Shown: positions 1-7,691 of the stretch, piece after piece
Position numbering within the stretch: the stretch's first letter is position 1
How the letters are laid out: every line of letters starts with the position of its first letter
NCBI RefSeq assembly: GCF_042660085.1
Contig: NZ_JBHSTI010000008.1
Span: 1,449,876-1,481,875, forward strand
DNA: 32,000 bases
DNA from: Longivirga aurantiaca
GTDB lineage: Bacteria > Actinomycetota > Actinomycetes > S36-B12 > CAIYMF01
Reading direction: 5' to 3'
Notes under the pieces: model-generated
What the model was told of the DNA's origin: nothing
The model's input: only the letters and a program-made list of their open reading frames with translations
Databases searched by the model: none
Made by a program: the position numbers and the translations under genes

Positions 1-1137
1 GCGTCCAAGCTGAAGAGCATGGGCTACGCGCCCATGAAGATCAGCCAGGTCGACGGCGGCGGTCTCAAGAAGGAGATCTCGCTGCCGCGGCTGGGCAGCA
101 AGGTCAAGCTCAAGGAGATCGCGATCTTCTCGCGCCAGTTCGCGACGATGATCAACTCCGGGCTCTCCATGCTGCGCGCGCTCTCGATCCTCGAGGAGCA
201 GCAGCCCAACAAGGTGTTCGCCCAGGTGATCGGGGAGATCCGGTCCGAGGTCGAGAGCGGCTCGGCGCTGTCGACGTCCATGTCGAAGCACCCGGACGTC
301 TTCGCGCCGCTCATGATCAACATGATCAAGGCCGGCGAGGTCGGCGGCTTCCTCGACAGCGTGCTGAACCAGCTCGCCGAGAACTACGAGGCCGAGGTCA
401 AGCTCCGCGGCAAGGTGAAGTCGGCCATGACCTACCCGGTCGCCGTGCTCGTCATGGCGATCCTGCTCACGGTCGGCATGCTGCTGTTCGTGGTCCCGAC
501 GTTCGCGAAGCTGTTCTCGGACCTCGGTGGCGAGCTGCCGGCGCCCACCCAGATGCTCGTGAGCCTGTCGAACTTCCTCAAGGTCGGGATCGTCCCGATC
601 GTGATCCTGTCGGTCATCGGCTTCGTGGTCTGGGTGCGGGTGAAGAACACGGACCGCGTGCGCGAGTTCATCGACCCGCTCAAGCTCAAGATGCCGGTCT
701 TCGGCGGCCTGTTCCAGAAGATCGCGCTCGCGCGCTTCTGCCGCAACCTCGGCACGATGCTGCACTCCGGCGTCCCGATCCTGCAGTCGCTGGACATCGT
801 GGCCGACACCTCGGGCAACAAGGTCATCACCCACGCCGTCCACGACATCGAGGAGAGCGTGCGTCGCGGTGAGAGCCTCACCCAGCCGCTGTCGACCCAT
901 GCGGTCTTCCCGGCCATGGTGGTGCAGATGCTGGCGGTCGGCGAGGACACGGGCGCCCTCGACTCCATGCTCGCCAAGATCGCGGACTTCTACGACGCCG
1001 AGGTCGAGGCGACCACCGAGCAGATGACGGCGCTCATCGAGCCGCTCATGATCGCCGTGCTCGGCGGGATCGTGGGGTCGATGATCATCGCCCTGTACAT
1101 GCCGATCTTCAAGATCTTCGACCTCATCGGCGGCTAG
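1..1137 (+). CDS. pilC: Type IV pilus inner-membrane platform protein PilC (T2SS protein F family), 5' end outside window
   Basis: Frame open from base 1. Translation FSRQFATMINSGLSMLRALSILEEQ...FCRNLGTMLHSGVPILQSLDIVADTSGN...MTALIEPLMIAVLGGIVGSMIIALYMPIFKI is typical of GspF/PilC; followed by pilins. Confidence 0.95.
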   Translation, partial: ASKLKSMGYAPMKISQVDGGGLKKEISLPRLGSKVKLKEIAIFSRQFATMINSGLSMLRALSILEEQQPNKVFAQVIGEIRSEVESGSALSTSMSKHPDVFAPLMINMIKAGEVGGFLDSVLNQLAENYEAEVKLRGKVKSAMTYPVAVLVMAILLTVGMLLFVVPTFAKLFSDLGGELPAPTQMLVSLSNFLKVGIVPIVILSVIGFVVWVRVKNTDRVREFIDPLKLKMPVFGGLFQKIALARFCRNLGTMLHSGVPILQSLDIVADTSGNKVITHAVHDIEESVRRGESLTQPLSTHAVFPAMVVQMLAVGEDTGALDSMLAKIADFYDAEVEATTEQMTALIEPLMIAVLGGIVGSMIIALYMPIFKIFDLIGG

Positions 1138-1155
1138 CCGACGCACTCGTCCCAT

Positions 1156-1197
1156 GGCGGCGGCCGCGCTCCCCTCGCAGGGGGCGCGGCCGTCGCC
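1156..1197 (+). terminator. Strong GC stem-loop after pilC (no clear T-tract)
   Basis: GGCGGCGGCCGCGCTCCCC-TCGCA-GGGGGCGCGGCCGTCGCC, near-complete inverted repeat about 20 nt after the pilC stop. Confidence 0.6.
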
Positions 1198-1381
1198 GTT
1201 CGCCGGCCGCTCGTCCCGGCCGAGAGGCGGCGCTTATCGGAACGGCGGCGTTCCCCTGGATCCGCCGATCGGGTGATTCCTCAGATCTCCCTCTCGATCC
1301 CTAAGGACCGGGCTCGGCGCGGACCGAGAAACCTCCTGTCGGGCAACGGGACCTCCCGGGCCCCCGAGGGAAGGAATCATC

Positions 1382-1795
1382 GTGCTCTCTCGCATGCGTA
1401 AGCAGGACGCCGACCAGGGCTTCACCCTGATCGAGCTGCTCGTCGTCATGATCATCATCGGCATCCTCGCGGCCATCGCCATCCCCACGTTCCTCAACCA
1501 GCGGAACAACGGCTACCGCACCGCCATCAAGTCCGACCTGAAGAACGCGGCGATCGCGGCCGAGTCCTTCGCCACCGACAACGGCGGCGACTACTCCGGC
1601 CTCACCGACGCCACTCTGGCCGACGCACGCGGCACCGGCGTCACCGCCGAGGTCACCGTCGCCGTCGCCTGGGCGACCGGCACCGCGTACTGCGTCGAGG
1701 GGGTGCACTCGGCCCTCACCACCGCGCCGACGCAGTTCTTCTACAGCAGCCTCGAAGGAGCCCCGCTCGAGGGCGCCTGCCCGGCCGCTCCGTGA
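1382..1795 (+). CDS. pilA: Type IV major-type pilin (pilin 1)
   Basis: GTG start with upstream GAAGGA; class III signal DQG|FTLIELLVVMIIIGILAAIAIPTFLNQR; C-terminal Cys pair (TAYCVEG...EGACPAAP). Confidence 0.93.
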   Translation: MLSRMRKQDADQGFTLIELLVVMIIIGILAAIAIPTFLNQRNNGYRTAIKSDLKNAAIAAESFATDNGGDYSGLTDATLADARGTGVTAEVTVAVAWATGTAYCVEGVHSALTTAPTQFFYSSLEGAPLEGACPAAP

Positions 1796-1847
1796 TCGGC
1801 TGACACGCAGGACGAGCTCACGGGTTGATGACACCCACGAGACACCC

Positions 1848-1880
1848 GGAAGGGGCCAGGCGGAGCGCCTGGCCCCTTCC
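1848..1880 (+). terminator. Perfect 15-bp stem-loop after pilin 1
   Basis: GGAAGGGGCCAGGCG-GAG-CGCCTGGCCCCTTCC. Confidence 0.7.
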
Positions 1881-1937
1881 GCACGTCCGAGACCTTGCGC
1901 CGTCCGGGGGATGGCCGAAAATTCTCCTCTCGCGAGG

Positions 1938-1965
1938 CTCAAGGTCCCCCCGGGCAGGTCGATCA
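1938..1965 (+). promoter_or_regulatory. Candidate FliA/WhiG-like promoter upstream of pilin 2 leader
   Basis: CTCAAG-N14-GTCGATCA; same layout as sites before the minor-pilin operon and pilM. Confidence 0.45.
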
Positions 1966-1989
1966 CTTCTTTGTCATCAACCATGACCG

Positions 1990-2084
1990 CTCCGGCCAGA
2001 ACGGGCACACCCACCGCGAGGTGGGGTCGCAAAGCCAGGGAGCTCCTCGAGGGGGAGGAGCCGGCCCAGCTGCCTCGGCCAGAG
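1990..2084 (+). ncRNA. Candidate c-di-GMP-I (GEMM-I) riboswitch in the pilin 2 leader
   Basis: GGGCACACC..CCACC-GCGA-GGTGG..GGTCGCAAAGCC (GNRA tetraloop and GCAAAGCC core), then GCTCCTC-GAGGGG-GAGGAGC stem, CAGCTGCC, and closing stem CTCCGGCC/GGCCAGAG. Located 46 nt before the pilin 2 ATG. Confidence 0.8.
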
Positions 2085-2129
2085 GACGTCCAGCCGGGCG
2101 GTCGGCTACTCCTGAAGGGGAGAACCATC

Positions 2130-2528
2130 ATGATCGCTCGTCTGCGCAAGTCCGTCGAGGACAAGGACCAGGGCTTCACCCTGATCGAGCTCCTCGTCGT
2201 CATGATCATCATCGGCATCCTTGCTGCGATCGCCATCCCGACGTTCCTCAACCAGCGCGCGAACGGCTGGCGTGCGGCCACCACCAGCGACCTGAAGAAC
2301 TCGGCCATCAACATCGAGTCGTACGCGACCGACAACGGCGGCTCCTACGCCGGCGCCACCACCGCCGACCTGGGCGCCCTCAGCGCCGACGTCACCGTCA
2401 CCGTGATCTCGAACGCGACCGGCTACTGCCTGTCCGGCGTGAACGTCAACCTGCCGACCGAGACCAAGTACTACGACTCGGCCGTGGGTGTCCCGAACGA
2501 CGTGGACTGCACCGGCACGTACGTCTGA
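2130..2528 (+). CDS. pilA: Type IV major-type pilin (pilin 2), riboswitch-associated
   Basis: ATG after AGGGGAG; MIARLRKSVEDKDQG|FTLIELLVVMIIIGILAAIAIPTFLNQR; Cys pair (TGYCLSG...DVDCTG). The 1911 start in the ORF track would read through the riboswitch. Confidence 0.93.
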   Translation: MIARLRKSVEDKDQGFTLIELLVVMIIIGILAAIAIPTFLNQRANGWRAATTSDLKNSAINIESYATDNGGSYAGATTADLGALSADVTVTVISNATGYCLSGVNVNLPTETKYYDSAVGVPNDVDCTGTYV

Positions 2529-2564
2529 TCGGACACGGGAGCTCCTCCCGACCGAACACCTCGG

Positions 2565-2598
2565 CGTGGGGGGTGGGGCCTTCGCCCCGCCCCCCACG
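2565..2598 (+). terminator. 15-bp stem-loop, first of a tandem pair
   Basis: CGTGGGGGGTGGGGC-CTTC-GCCCCGCCCCCCACG (one G.T wobble). Confidence 0.6.
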
Positions 2599-2606
2599 TC
2601 GGTCGT

Positions 2607-2656
2607 GGCCTCGGCCGGGAGACCCGAACCGGGCTCCCGGCCGAGGCCTCTTTCTA
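2607..2656 (+). terminator. Perfect 15-bp stem-loop with short T-rich tail, between pilins 2 and 3
   Basis: GGCCTCGGCCGGGAG-ACCCGAACCGGG-CTCCCGGCCGAGGCC followed by TCTTTCTA. Confidence 0.7.
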
Positions 2657-2679
2657 GGCCTCTCCCACCGGGAGCAACC

Positions 2680-3087
2680 ATGCTCGATCGGACGACGCGC
2701 ACGGAAGGGACGGCGGACCAGGGCTTCACGCTCATCGAGCTCCTGGTCGTCATGATCATCATCGGCATCCTTGCTGCTATCGCCATCCCGACGTACCTGA
2801 GCCAGCGCGACAACGCCTACAAGGCGGCGCTGAAGAACGACCTGAAGAACGCCGCGACGGCCGCCGAGACCTGGGCCGTGCACAACTCGGGCAGCTATCT
2901 GGGGCTCGAGGACACCACCCTCGCGGGGGAGCGCGGTCAGGGGATCAGCCAGGCGATCGAGGTGACCGTCAACGCGGCCATCGTGACCGCGACGACGTAC
3001 TGCATCGAGGGCGTGCACGACTCGCTCCCGGGGCAGACCTGGCACTACTCCAACCTCGTCGGGGTCCCGTCACCGGGCACCTGCTAG
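2680..3087 (+). CDS. pilA: Type IV major-type pilin (pilin 3)
   Basis: ATG after GGGAGCAACC; DQG|FTLIELLVVMIIIGILAAIAIPTYLSQR; Cys pair (TYCIEG...PSPGTC). Confidence 0.92.
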   Translation: MLDRTTRTEGTADQGFTLIELLVVMIIIGILAAIAIPTYLSQRDNAYKAALKNDLKNAATAAETWAVHNSGSYLGLEDTTLAGERGQGISQAIEVTVNAAIVTATTYCIEGVHDSLPGQTWHYSNLVGVPSPGTC

Positions 3088-3094
3088 CAGATCG

Positions 3095-3130
3095 GGAAGG
3101 GGAGGAGCGGCCCGCCGCTCCTCCCCTTCC
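3095..3130 (+). terminator. Perfect 16-bp stem-loop after pilin 3
   Basis: GGAAGGGGAGGAGCGG-CCCG-CCGCTCCTCCCCTTCC, followed by GCACGTCCG as after pilin 1. Confidence 0.7.
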
Positions 3131-3173
3131 GCACGTCCGCGGCCCGTCCTGGGCCGGTCGGGTGACCCCCCGG

Positions 3174-3202
3174 CTCAAGGCAGGCTCTCCGGTGGCCGAT
3201 GG
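3174..3202 (+). promoter_or_regulatory. Candidate FliA/WhiG-like promoter of the minor-pilin operon
   Basis: CTCAAG-N15-GCCGATGG, 7 nt upstream of the ATG at 3210. Confidence 0.5.
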
Positions 3203-3209
3203 AGCGCGT

Positions 3210-4787
3210 ATGAGCATCTTCAGGCGTGGCCGCACGCGCGGTGACGACGGTGTCACCCTGGTCGAGATCATGGTCGCGCTGACGATCGCGTCTGGGGTCT
3301 TCCTCGCTCTGGGTCTGGCGGCCATCGCCGGGGTCAAGGGCACCCTGGCCGCCCGGCAGAACCAGCTCGCCGGCGACATGATGAACCAGGCGATCGAGCG
3401 AGCCCGCGCCCTCGACTTCGCGGACGTGGCCATGGTGACCGGCGACCCGACGCTCGCCGGGGACCCTCGCATCGACAGCGACACCTTCGACCCCGGCACC
3501 GGGGTCGCCGAGGACCTCGTCTTCGCCAGCGTCGGGACGCTCAACCCGCACGTGACGACGGAGACGCACAACAGCACCACCTACACCATCTGGCGCTATG
3601 TGACGCAGCCGGCCGGCATCAGCTCGGGCACCCGTCGCCTCACCGTCGTCGTGACCTGGGAGGTCGGCGACGAGACCAAGGTCCGCTCGACCTCGACGTT
3701 CGTGACGGCGACGCGGCGCGGCCTTCCCCTTCCCCGCTTCCTGCTGCAGTACTCGTCGCCCTCGGTGCAGACCAAGGGCACCGGCACCGTGGTGACGTAC
3801 GGGCTGAGGCTCAAGAACTACGGCGCCCGCGACGCCTGGAACATCACCGGCCCGTCAGGCACGTGGAGCTATGTCGTCGACTCGGACAAGGACGGCGTGC
3901 TGGACGCGACCGAGGTCACCAGCCTCACCGACACCAGCGCCGACGGCACGCTCGACACCGGCAACGTCGAGGTCAACGGCGAGGTCTGGGTCCTGGCATC
4001 CCGCACCGTCACCGGCAGCCCCGGCGACACCACGGCAGTGGCCTTCACCTTCAAGTCCGTGGCCCAGCCGCTGGCGGCCACGGCGTCGCAGACCCTGTCC
4101 GGCAGCTACAGCATCTCGGGCACGCCGTCGGCCACCCCGACGCCGACGCCCACCAGCTCGAGCCCCACCGCCACGCCCACGGGCGACCCGCAGACGCCGT
4201 TCCCGCTGCCCGTGCCGTCGTGCGCGGCCGCCTGCACTCTGACGACCGAGTACCTTCACGAGCTCCCGCTCGGCAGTCACACGCTCGCCCTGAGCAACCC
4301 CGCATTCGACACCAACGCCACCCTCCAGTCCGCAGCGAACAACTACTCGACCGACAAGACCGGCACGGCCGGCCGGTGGCTCGAGCGCGGCGGGGTACTG
4401 GCGACCGAGACCAACAAGTCGAGGGTGTTCGACGTACGCAAGCAGGTGCCGGTGGCGACGACCTTCCGGGCCGGCCAGGCGGTGCTCTACCTGAACGTCG
4501 CCTGCCTCACAGCAGGCAGCCCGCTGACGGTCAACGTCGCCTTCGGCCAGTCGATCAACACGAGCCTCGGCACCTTCACCTCGCGCGGAACCGGCAGCGC
4601 CACCCTGACGCTGTGCGACGGAACCTTCCGCGAGGTTGCCATCGGCGTCCCGGTAGGCGCCGACTTCTCGGTGGCCAAGAACAAGTACGCGGTCATCCGC
4701 GTGGTGATCCCCTCGACCTCCGCGGGCGACGTCCGCATCGGCTACGACTGGGCGGGCGCCCAGTCTCGGATGGTGATCCCGGAATGA
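3210..4787 (+). CDS. Minor pilin / prepilin-type N-terminal domain protein with large C-terminal region (PilV-like)
   Basis: MSIFRRGRTRGDDGVTLVEIMVALTIASGVFLALG; EF-hand-like loop DSDKDGVLDATE; Pro/Thr/Ser linker TPTPTPTSSSPTATPT; C-terminal beta-rich region with Cys residues. Confidence 0.85.
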   Translation: MSIFRRGRTRGDDGVTLVEIMVALTIASGVFLALGLAAIAGVKGTLAARQNQLAGDMMNQAIERARALDFADVAMVTGDPTLAGDPRIDSDTFDPGTGVAEDLVFASVGTLNPHVTTETHNSTTYTIWRYVTQPAGISSGTRRLTVVVTWEVGDETKVRSTSTFVTATRRGLPLPRFLLQYSSPSVQTKGTGTVVTYGLRLKNYGARDAWNITGPSGTWSYVVDSDKDGVLDATEVTSLTDTSADGTLDTGNVEVNGEVWVLASRTVTGSPGDTTAVAFTFKSVAQPLAATASQTLSGSYSISGTPSATPTPTPTSSSPTATPTGDPQTPFPLPVPSCAAACTLTTEYLHELPLGSHTLALSNPAFDTNATLQSAANNYSTDKTGTAGRWLERGGVLATETNKSRVFDVRKQVPVATTFRAGQAVLYLNVACLTAGSPLTVNVAFGQSINTSLGTFTSRGTGSATLTLCDGTFREVAIGVPVGADFSVAKNKYAVIRVVIPSTSAGDVRIGYDWAGAQSRMVIPE

Positions 4788-5359
4788 GCGCGAACCGCAG
4801 CCTGAAGGCAGTGCGCGACCGGCTCGCGGGCCGACCCGCGGAGGAGGGCGTGACCCTGGTCGAGCTCCTCGTGACCATGGTGCTGCTCAGCATCGTGCTG
4901 GCGATCGCGGCCGCCGCCTTCCAGGCCACGGCGAAGGTCTACACCGCGACCGACGACGACGCGACCGGCCTCGCTGATGCGCGCAAGGTGGCCGAGCGCA
5001 TGGGTCGCGACATCCGCAACGCGCGAGGTGTGGATGCCGGCGCGACGACGAGCCAGCTGGTCGTCTGGATCGATGCCAACTCCGACTACAAGCGCCAGAC
5101 CAACGAGAGCATCACGTGGAAGCTCGAGCCCTCGGGTGACGGCCTGCACTACGACGTGATCCGCAAGGTCGGCTCGGCCACCCAGGTGATCGAGGCGCGC
5201 AGCCTCGTGAGCCAGATCGCCTTCACCTACGACCTGACCCCGCCGAACACACAGGTGGTGCAGACCCTCGTGACCTACGACTCGATCGTGGGCCGGGGCG
5301 CCAGCGCCCGCACGCTCTACTTCGCCGAGCGCCTCCGCAATGTCGACGAGCAGTACTAG
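4784..5359 (+). CDS. Minor pilin / prepilin-type N-terminal domain protein (PilW-like)
   Basis: ATGA overlap with the upstream gene; EEG|VTLVELLVTMVLLSIVLAIAAAAFQ. Confidence 0.85.
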   Translation: MSANRSLKAVRDRLAGRPAEEGVTLVELLVTMVLLSIVLAIAAAAFQATAKVYTATDDDATGLADARKVAERMGRDIRNARGVDAGATTSQLVVWIDANSDYKRQTNESITWKLEPSGDGLHYDVIRKVGSATQVIEARSLVSQIAFTYDLTPPNTQVVQTLVTYDSIVGRGASARTLYFAERLRNVDEQY

Positions 5360-5375
5360 GGGAGTGACCGTAGCC

Positions 5376-6746
5376 ATGTGGACCACGCGTCTCCGGCAGA
5401 TCCAGCAGGAGCCCGACTCGGGCCTTGCCCTGGTCGTCGTCCTGCTCGTGATGGGTCTCATGACCCTGCTCGTCGTCGCGATCACCACGCTGACGATCGG
5501 GAGCCTGCGGTCGAGCACCGACCACGACAAGTTCGAGGGAGCCGTCGCCGCGGCCGAGACCGGCGTCGACCGCCAGCTCGCCGAGCTGCAGAAGGACCAG
5601 AGCTACTCCTACGGCCCGGCGATGGGTGCAGCCGACCTCACGACCGACGCCGAGCGGGTCTGGGCCCTCGAGACCATCAAGACCATGGTCGACGACGGCG
5701 CCGCCTACGAGAGCACGGGCACCGGTGAGTACTTCGCGATCAAGCCGGCGGACTACAACGTCATCTACTCCCTCGGCTGCGACCCGAACTGCACCGACTC
5801 CAGTGCGAAGAAGCGGTTCCTCAAGGTCGAGTACCTGTTCGCGCCCTACAAGCCGGGCAACGCGATCCTCACGTCGGGCAACCTGAGCTTCTCGTCCTCC
5901 GTCACGGTGGATGTCAGCCTCGCGGCCTCCGGCGGCACCGCCAACGTCCACACGAACGGGGACGCCGACGGCACGGGATGCTCGCAGACGGTGAACGGCA
6001 CGGTCACCGCAAGCGGCGACTACTCGGTGTGCGGAAGCGTCGGGATGACCGGTTCTGGCGGCGACCAGCCGCTCGAGAGCGTGCCTGAGGTCAAGGCGCG
6101 GTTCCTCTACAACACGTTCGCGTCGCAGTACGCCACGGGCTGGTACGACCTGTGCCCCGACGGCGAGGTGAAGTCGCCGTCCACCACCCCGTGCGACGGA
6201 ACCACCTTGGCCGATCTCGACAGCGGAGGCACGTACCGAGGCTGGAGCTACGCGGACGGCAGCGGCACGACGCCGCCGGTGTGGTCGATGACCTCGACCG
6301 CGTGGGGCGACGGCATCTACTACGTCTACCAGGGCGACGCGTTCATCAGCCGGAACACCGTCGTGAACTCGGCGACGGTGATCGCGGAGTCCAAGCCGAG
6401 CGGCGGCCCCGCAGCAACCTGCGGCAAGCTCGGGGGCGGCATCACCGCGAAGCTGGTCACGATCTCGAACGCCGCGCTGCCGGGCACGGTCCTCGTGGCC
6501 GACACGGACCTGGTCATGACCTCGAACTTCGAGGCGGGCATCGGAGTCTTCGGGGCCGGCGACCAGATCCAGGTCGAGACCTCCAGCAACGGAATCACCG
6601 GCACCATCATCGCGAACGACTCCTGCACCGACGGTGGCGACATCAACGAGGTCAAGAACGCGGTGATCAAGTACGACCGGAACGTCGAGGTGCCGCTGCT
6701 CGACATCATCCGCACCACCCAGTGGCTCGAGCTCAAGGCGAAGTGA
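5376..6746 (+). CDS. PilX-like pilus assembly protein (GTG at 5364 is an alternative start)
   Basis: LALVVVLLVMGLMTLLVVAITTLTIGSLRSSTDHDKFEGAVAAAETGVDRQLAEL matches PilX N-terminal organisation; position in operon. Confidence 0.8.
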   Translation: MWTTRLRQIQQEPDSGLALVVVLLVMGLMTLLVVAITTLTIGSLRSSTDHDKFEGAVAAAETGVDRQLAELQKDQSYSYGPAMGAADLTTDAERVWALETIKTMVDDGAAYESTGTGEYFAIKPADYNVIYSLGCDPNCTDSSAKKRFLKVEYLFAPYKPGNAILTSGNLSFSSSVTVDVSLAASGGTANVHTNGDADGTGCSQTVNGTVTASGDYSVCGSVGMTGSGGDQPLESVPEVKARFLYNTFASQYATGWYDLCPDGEVKSPSTTPCDGTTLADLDSGGTYRGWSYADGSGTTPPVWSMTSTAWGDGIYYVYQGDAFISRNTVVNSATVIAESKPSGGPAATCGKLGGGITAKLVTISNAALPGTVLVADTDLVMTSNFEAGIGVFGAGDQIQVETSSNGITGTIIANDSCTDGGDINEVKNAVIKYDRNVEVPLLDIIRTTQWLELKAK

Positions 6747-6758
6747 CACCGCGCACGA

Positions 6759-6800
6759 CGTCGATGACGCCCCGGGGACGCTCCCGGGGCGTCATCGACG
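6759..6800 (+). terminator. Perfect 18-bp stem-loop between the minor-pilin operon and pilD
   Basis: CGTCGATGACGCCCCGGG-GACGCT-CCCGGGGCGTCATCGACG. Confidence 0.65.
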
Positions 6801-6831
6801 CACTGGGCGGCGGCCGGGCTAGGGTCGCGCC

Positions 6832-7629
6832 GTGACGACTGGCGAGTACCTTTTCTTCGGCACCTTCGCGTTCCTGTTCGGTGCCGCGATCGGGTCGTTC
6901 CTCAACGTGGTCATCTACCGGGTGCCGGCAGGGCTCTCCGTCGTCCACCCGCCGTCGCGTTGTCCGACGTGCGAGCAGGAGATCTCGCCCCGTGACAACA
7001 TCCCGATCGTCAGCTGGCTCGTCCTTCGCGGTCGCTGCCGGGGGTGCGGCACGTCGATCTCACCGCGCTACCTCGTGGTCGAGGCCCTCACCGGCGTCCT
7101 GTTCGTCCTCATGCTGCTGCACTTCGGGCTCTCGTGGGCTCTCCCGGCGTACCTCTACCTCGTGGCCGTGGGCGTAGCCCTGGCCTTCATCGACTACGAC
7201 ACCAAGCGGCTGCCCGACGTGCTGACGCTCCCGTCGTACGCCGTGGCGCTGGTGCTGCTGCTGCTGCCGGCCATCCTCGACGGCGACTGGACGTCCTACC
7301 TCCGTGCGGTCCTCGGCGGCTTGGCCCTGCTGGCCTTCTACTTCGTGGTCTGGTTCATCCGTCCCGATGCAATGGGCTTCGGCGACGTGAAGTTCGCGGG
7401 CGTTCTCGGCATCTACCTCGGCTGGCTGTCGTGGGGCCATGTGGCCCTCGGAGGCTTCCTGGGCTTCCTGCTCGGCGCCGTGGGCGGCGTCGCCCTCATG
7501 GCGTTCACCAGCGCCGGGCGCAAGACCAAGGTCCCGTTCGGGCCCTTCATGATCGCCGGCGCCGGTCTGACGATCCTGCTGGGTCAGCCGGTCATCGACT
7601 GGTACGCGTCGCTCGCGTTCGGCTCCTGA
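6832..7629 (+). CDS. pilD: Prepilin peptidase (A24 family, leader peptidase/N-methyltransferase)
   Basis: GSFLNVVIYRVP, CPTC...C..C zinc motif, ALAFIDYDTKRLPD, MGFGDVKF (GxGD aspartyl protease motif). Confidence 0.95.
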   Translation: MTTGEYLFFGTFAFLFGAAIGSFLNVVIYRVPAGLSVVHPPSRCPTCEQEISPRDNIPIVSWLVLRGRCRGCGTSISPRYLVVEALTGVLFVLMLLHFGLSWALPAYLYLVAVGVALAFIDYDTKRLPDVLTLPSYAVALVLLLLPAILDGDWTSYLRAVLGGLALLAFYFVVWFIRPDAMGFGDVKFAGVLGIYLGWLSWGHVALGGFLGFLLGAVGGVALMAFTSAGRKTKVPFGPFMIAGAGLTILLGQPVIDWYASLAFGS

Positions 7630-7691
7630 GGATTCCGGGCCGTTTCGCACCGCCGATCGCCCCGAACGGACCAACTAGACCTCACAGAACC

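Noticed and set aside
1911-2528. 205-aa in-frame extension of pilin 2
   Set aside because: The extension would cover the riboswitch and place about 75 residues before the class III signal peptide. The ATG at 2130 has a good SD and correct leader length.
4141-4200. Short CCNACGCC-type repeats (acgcccacc...ccacgcccacg) as a possible repeat array
   Set aside because: These are codon-level repeats encoding the Pro/Thr linker of the minor pilin, in frame with the CDS.
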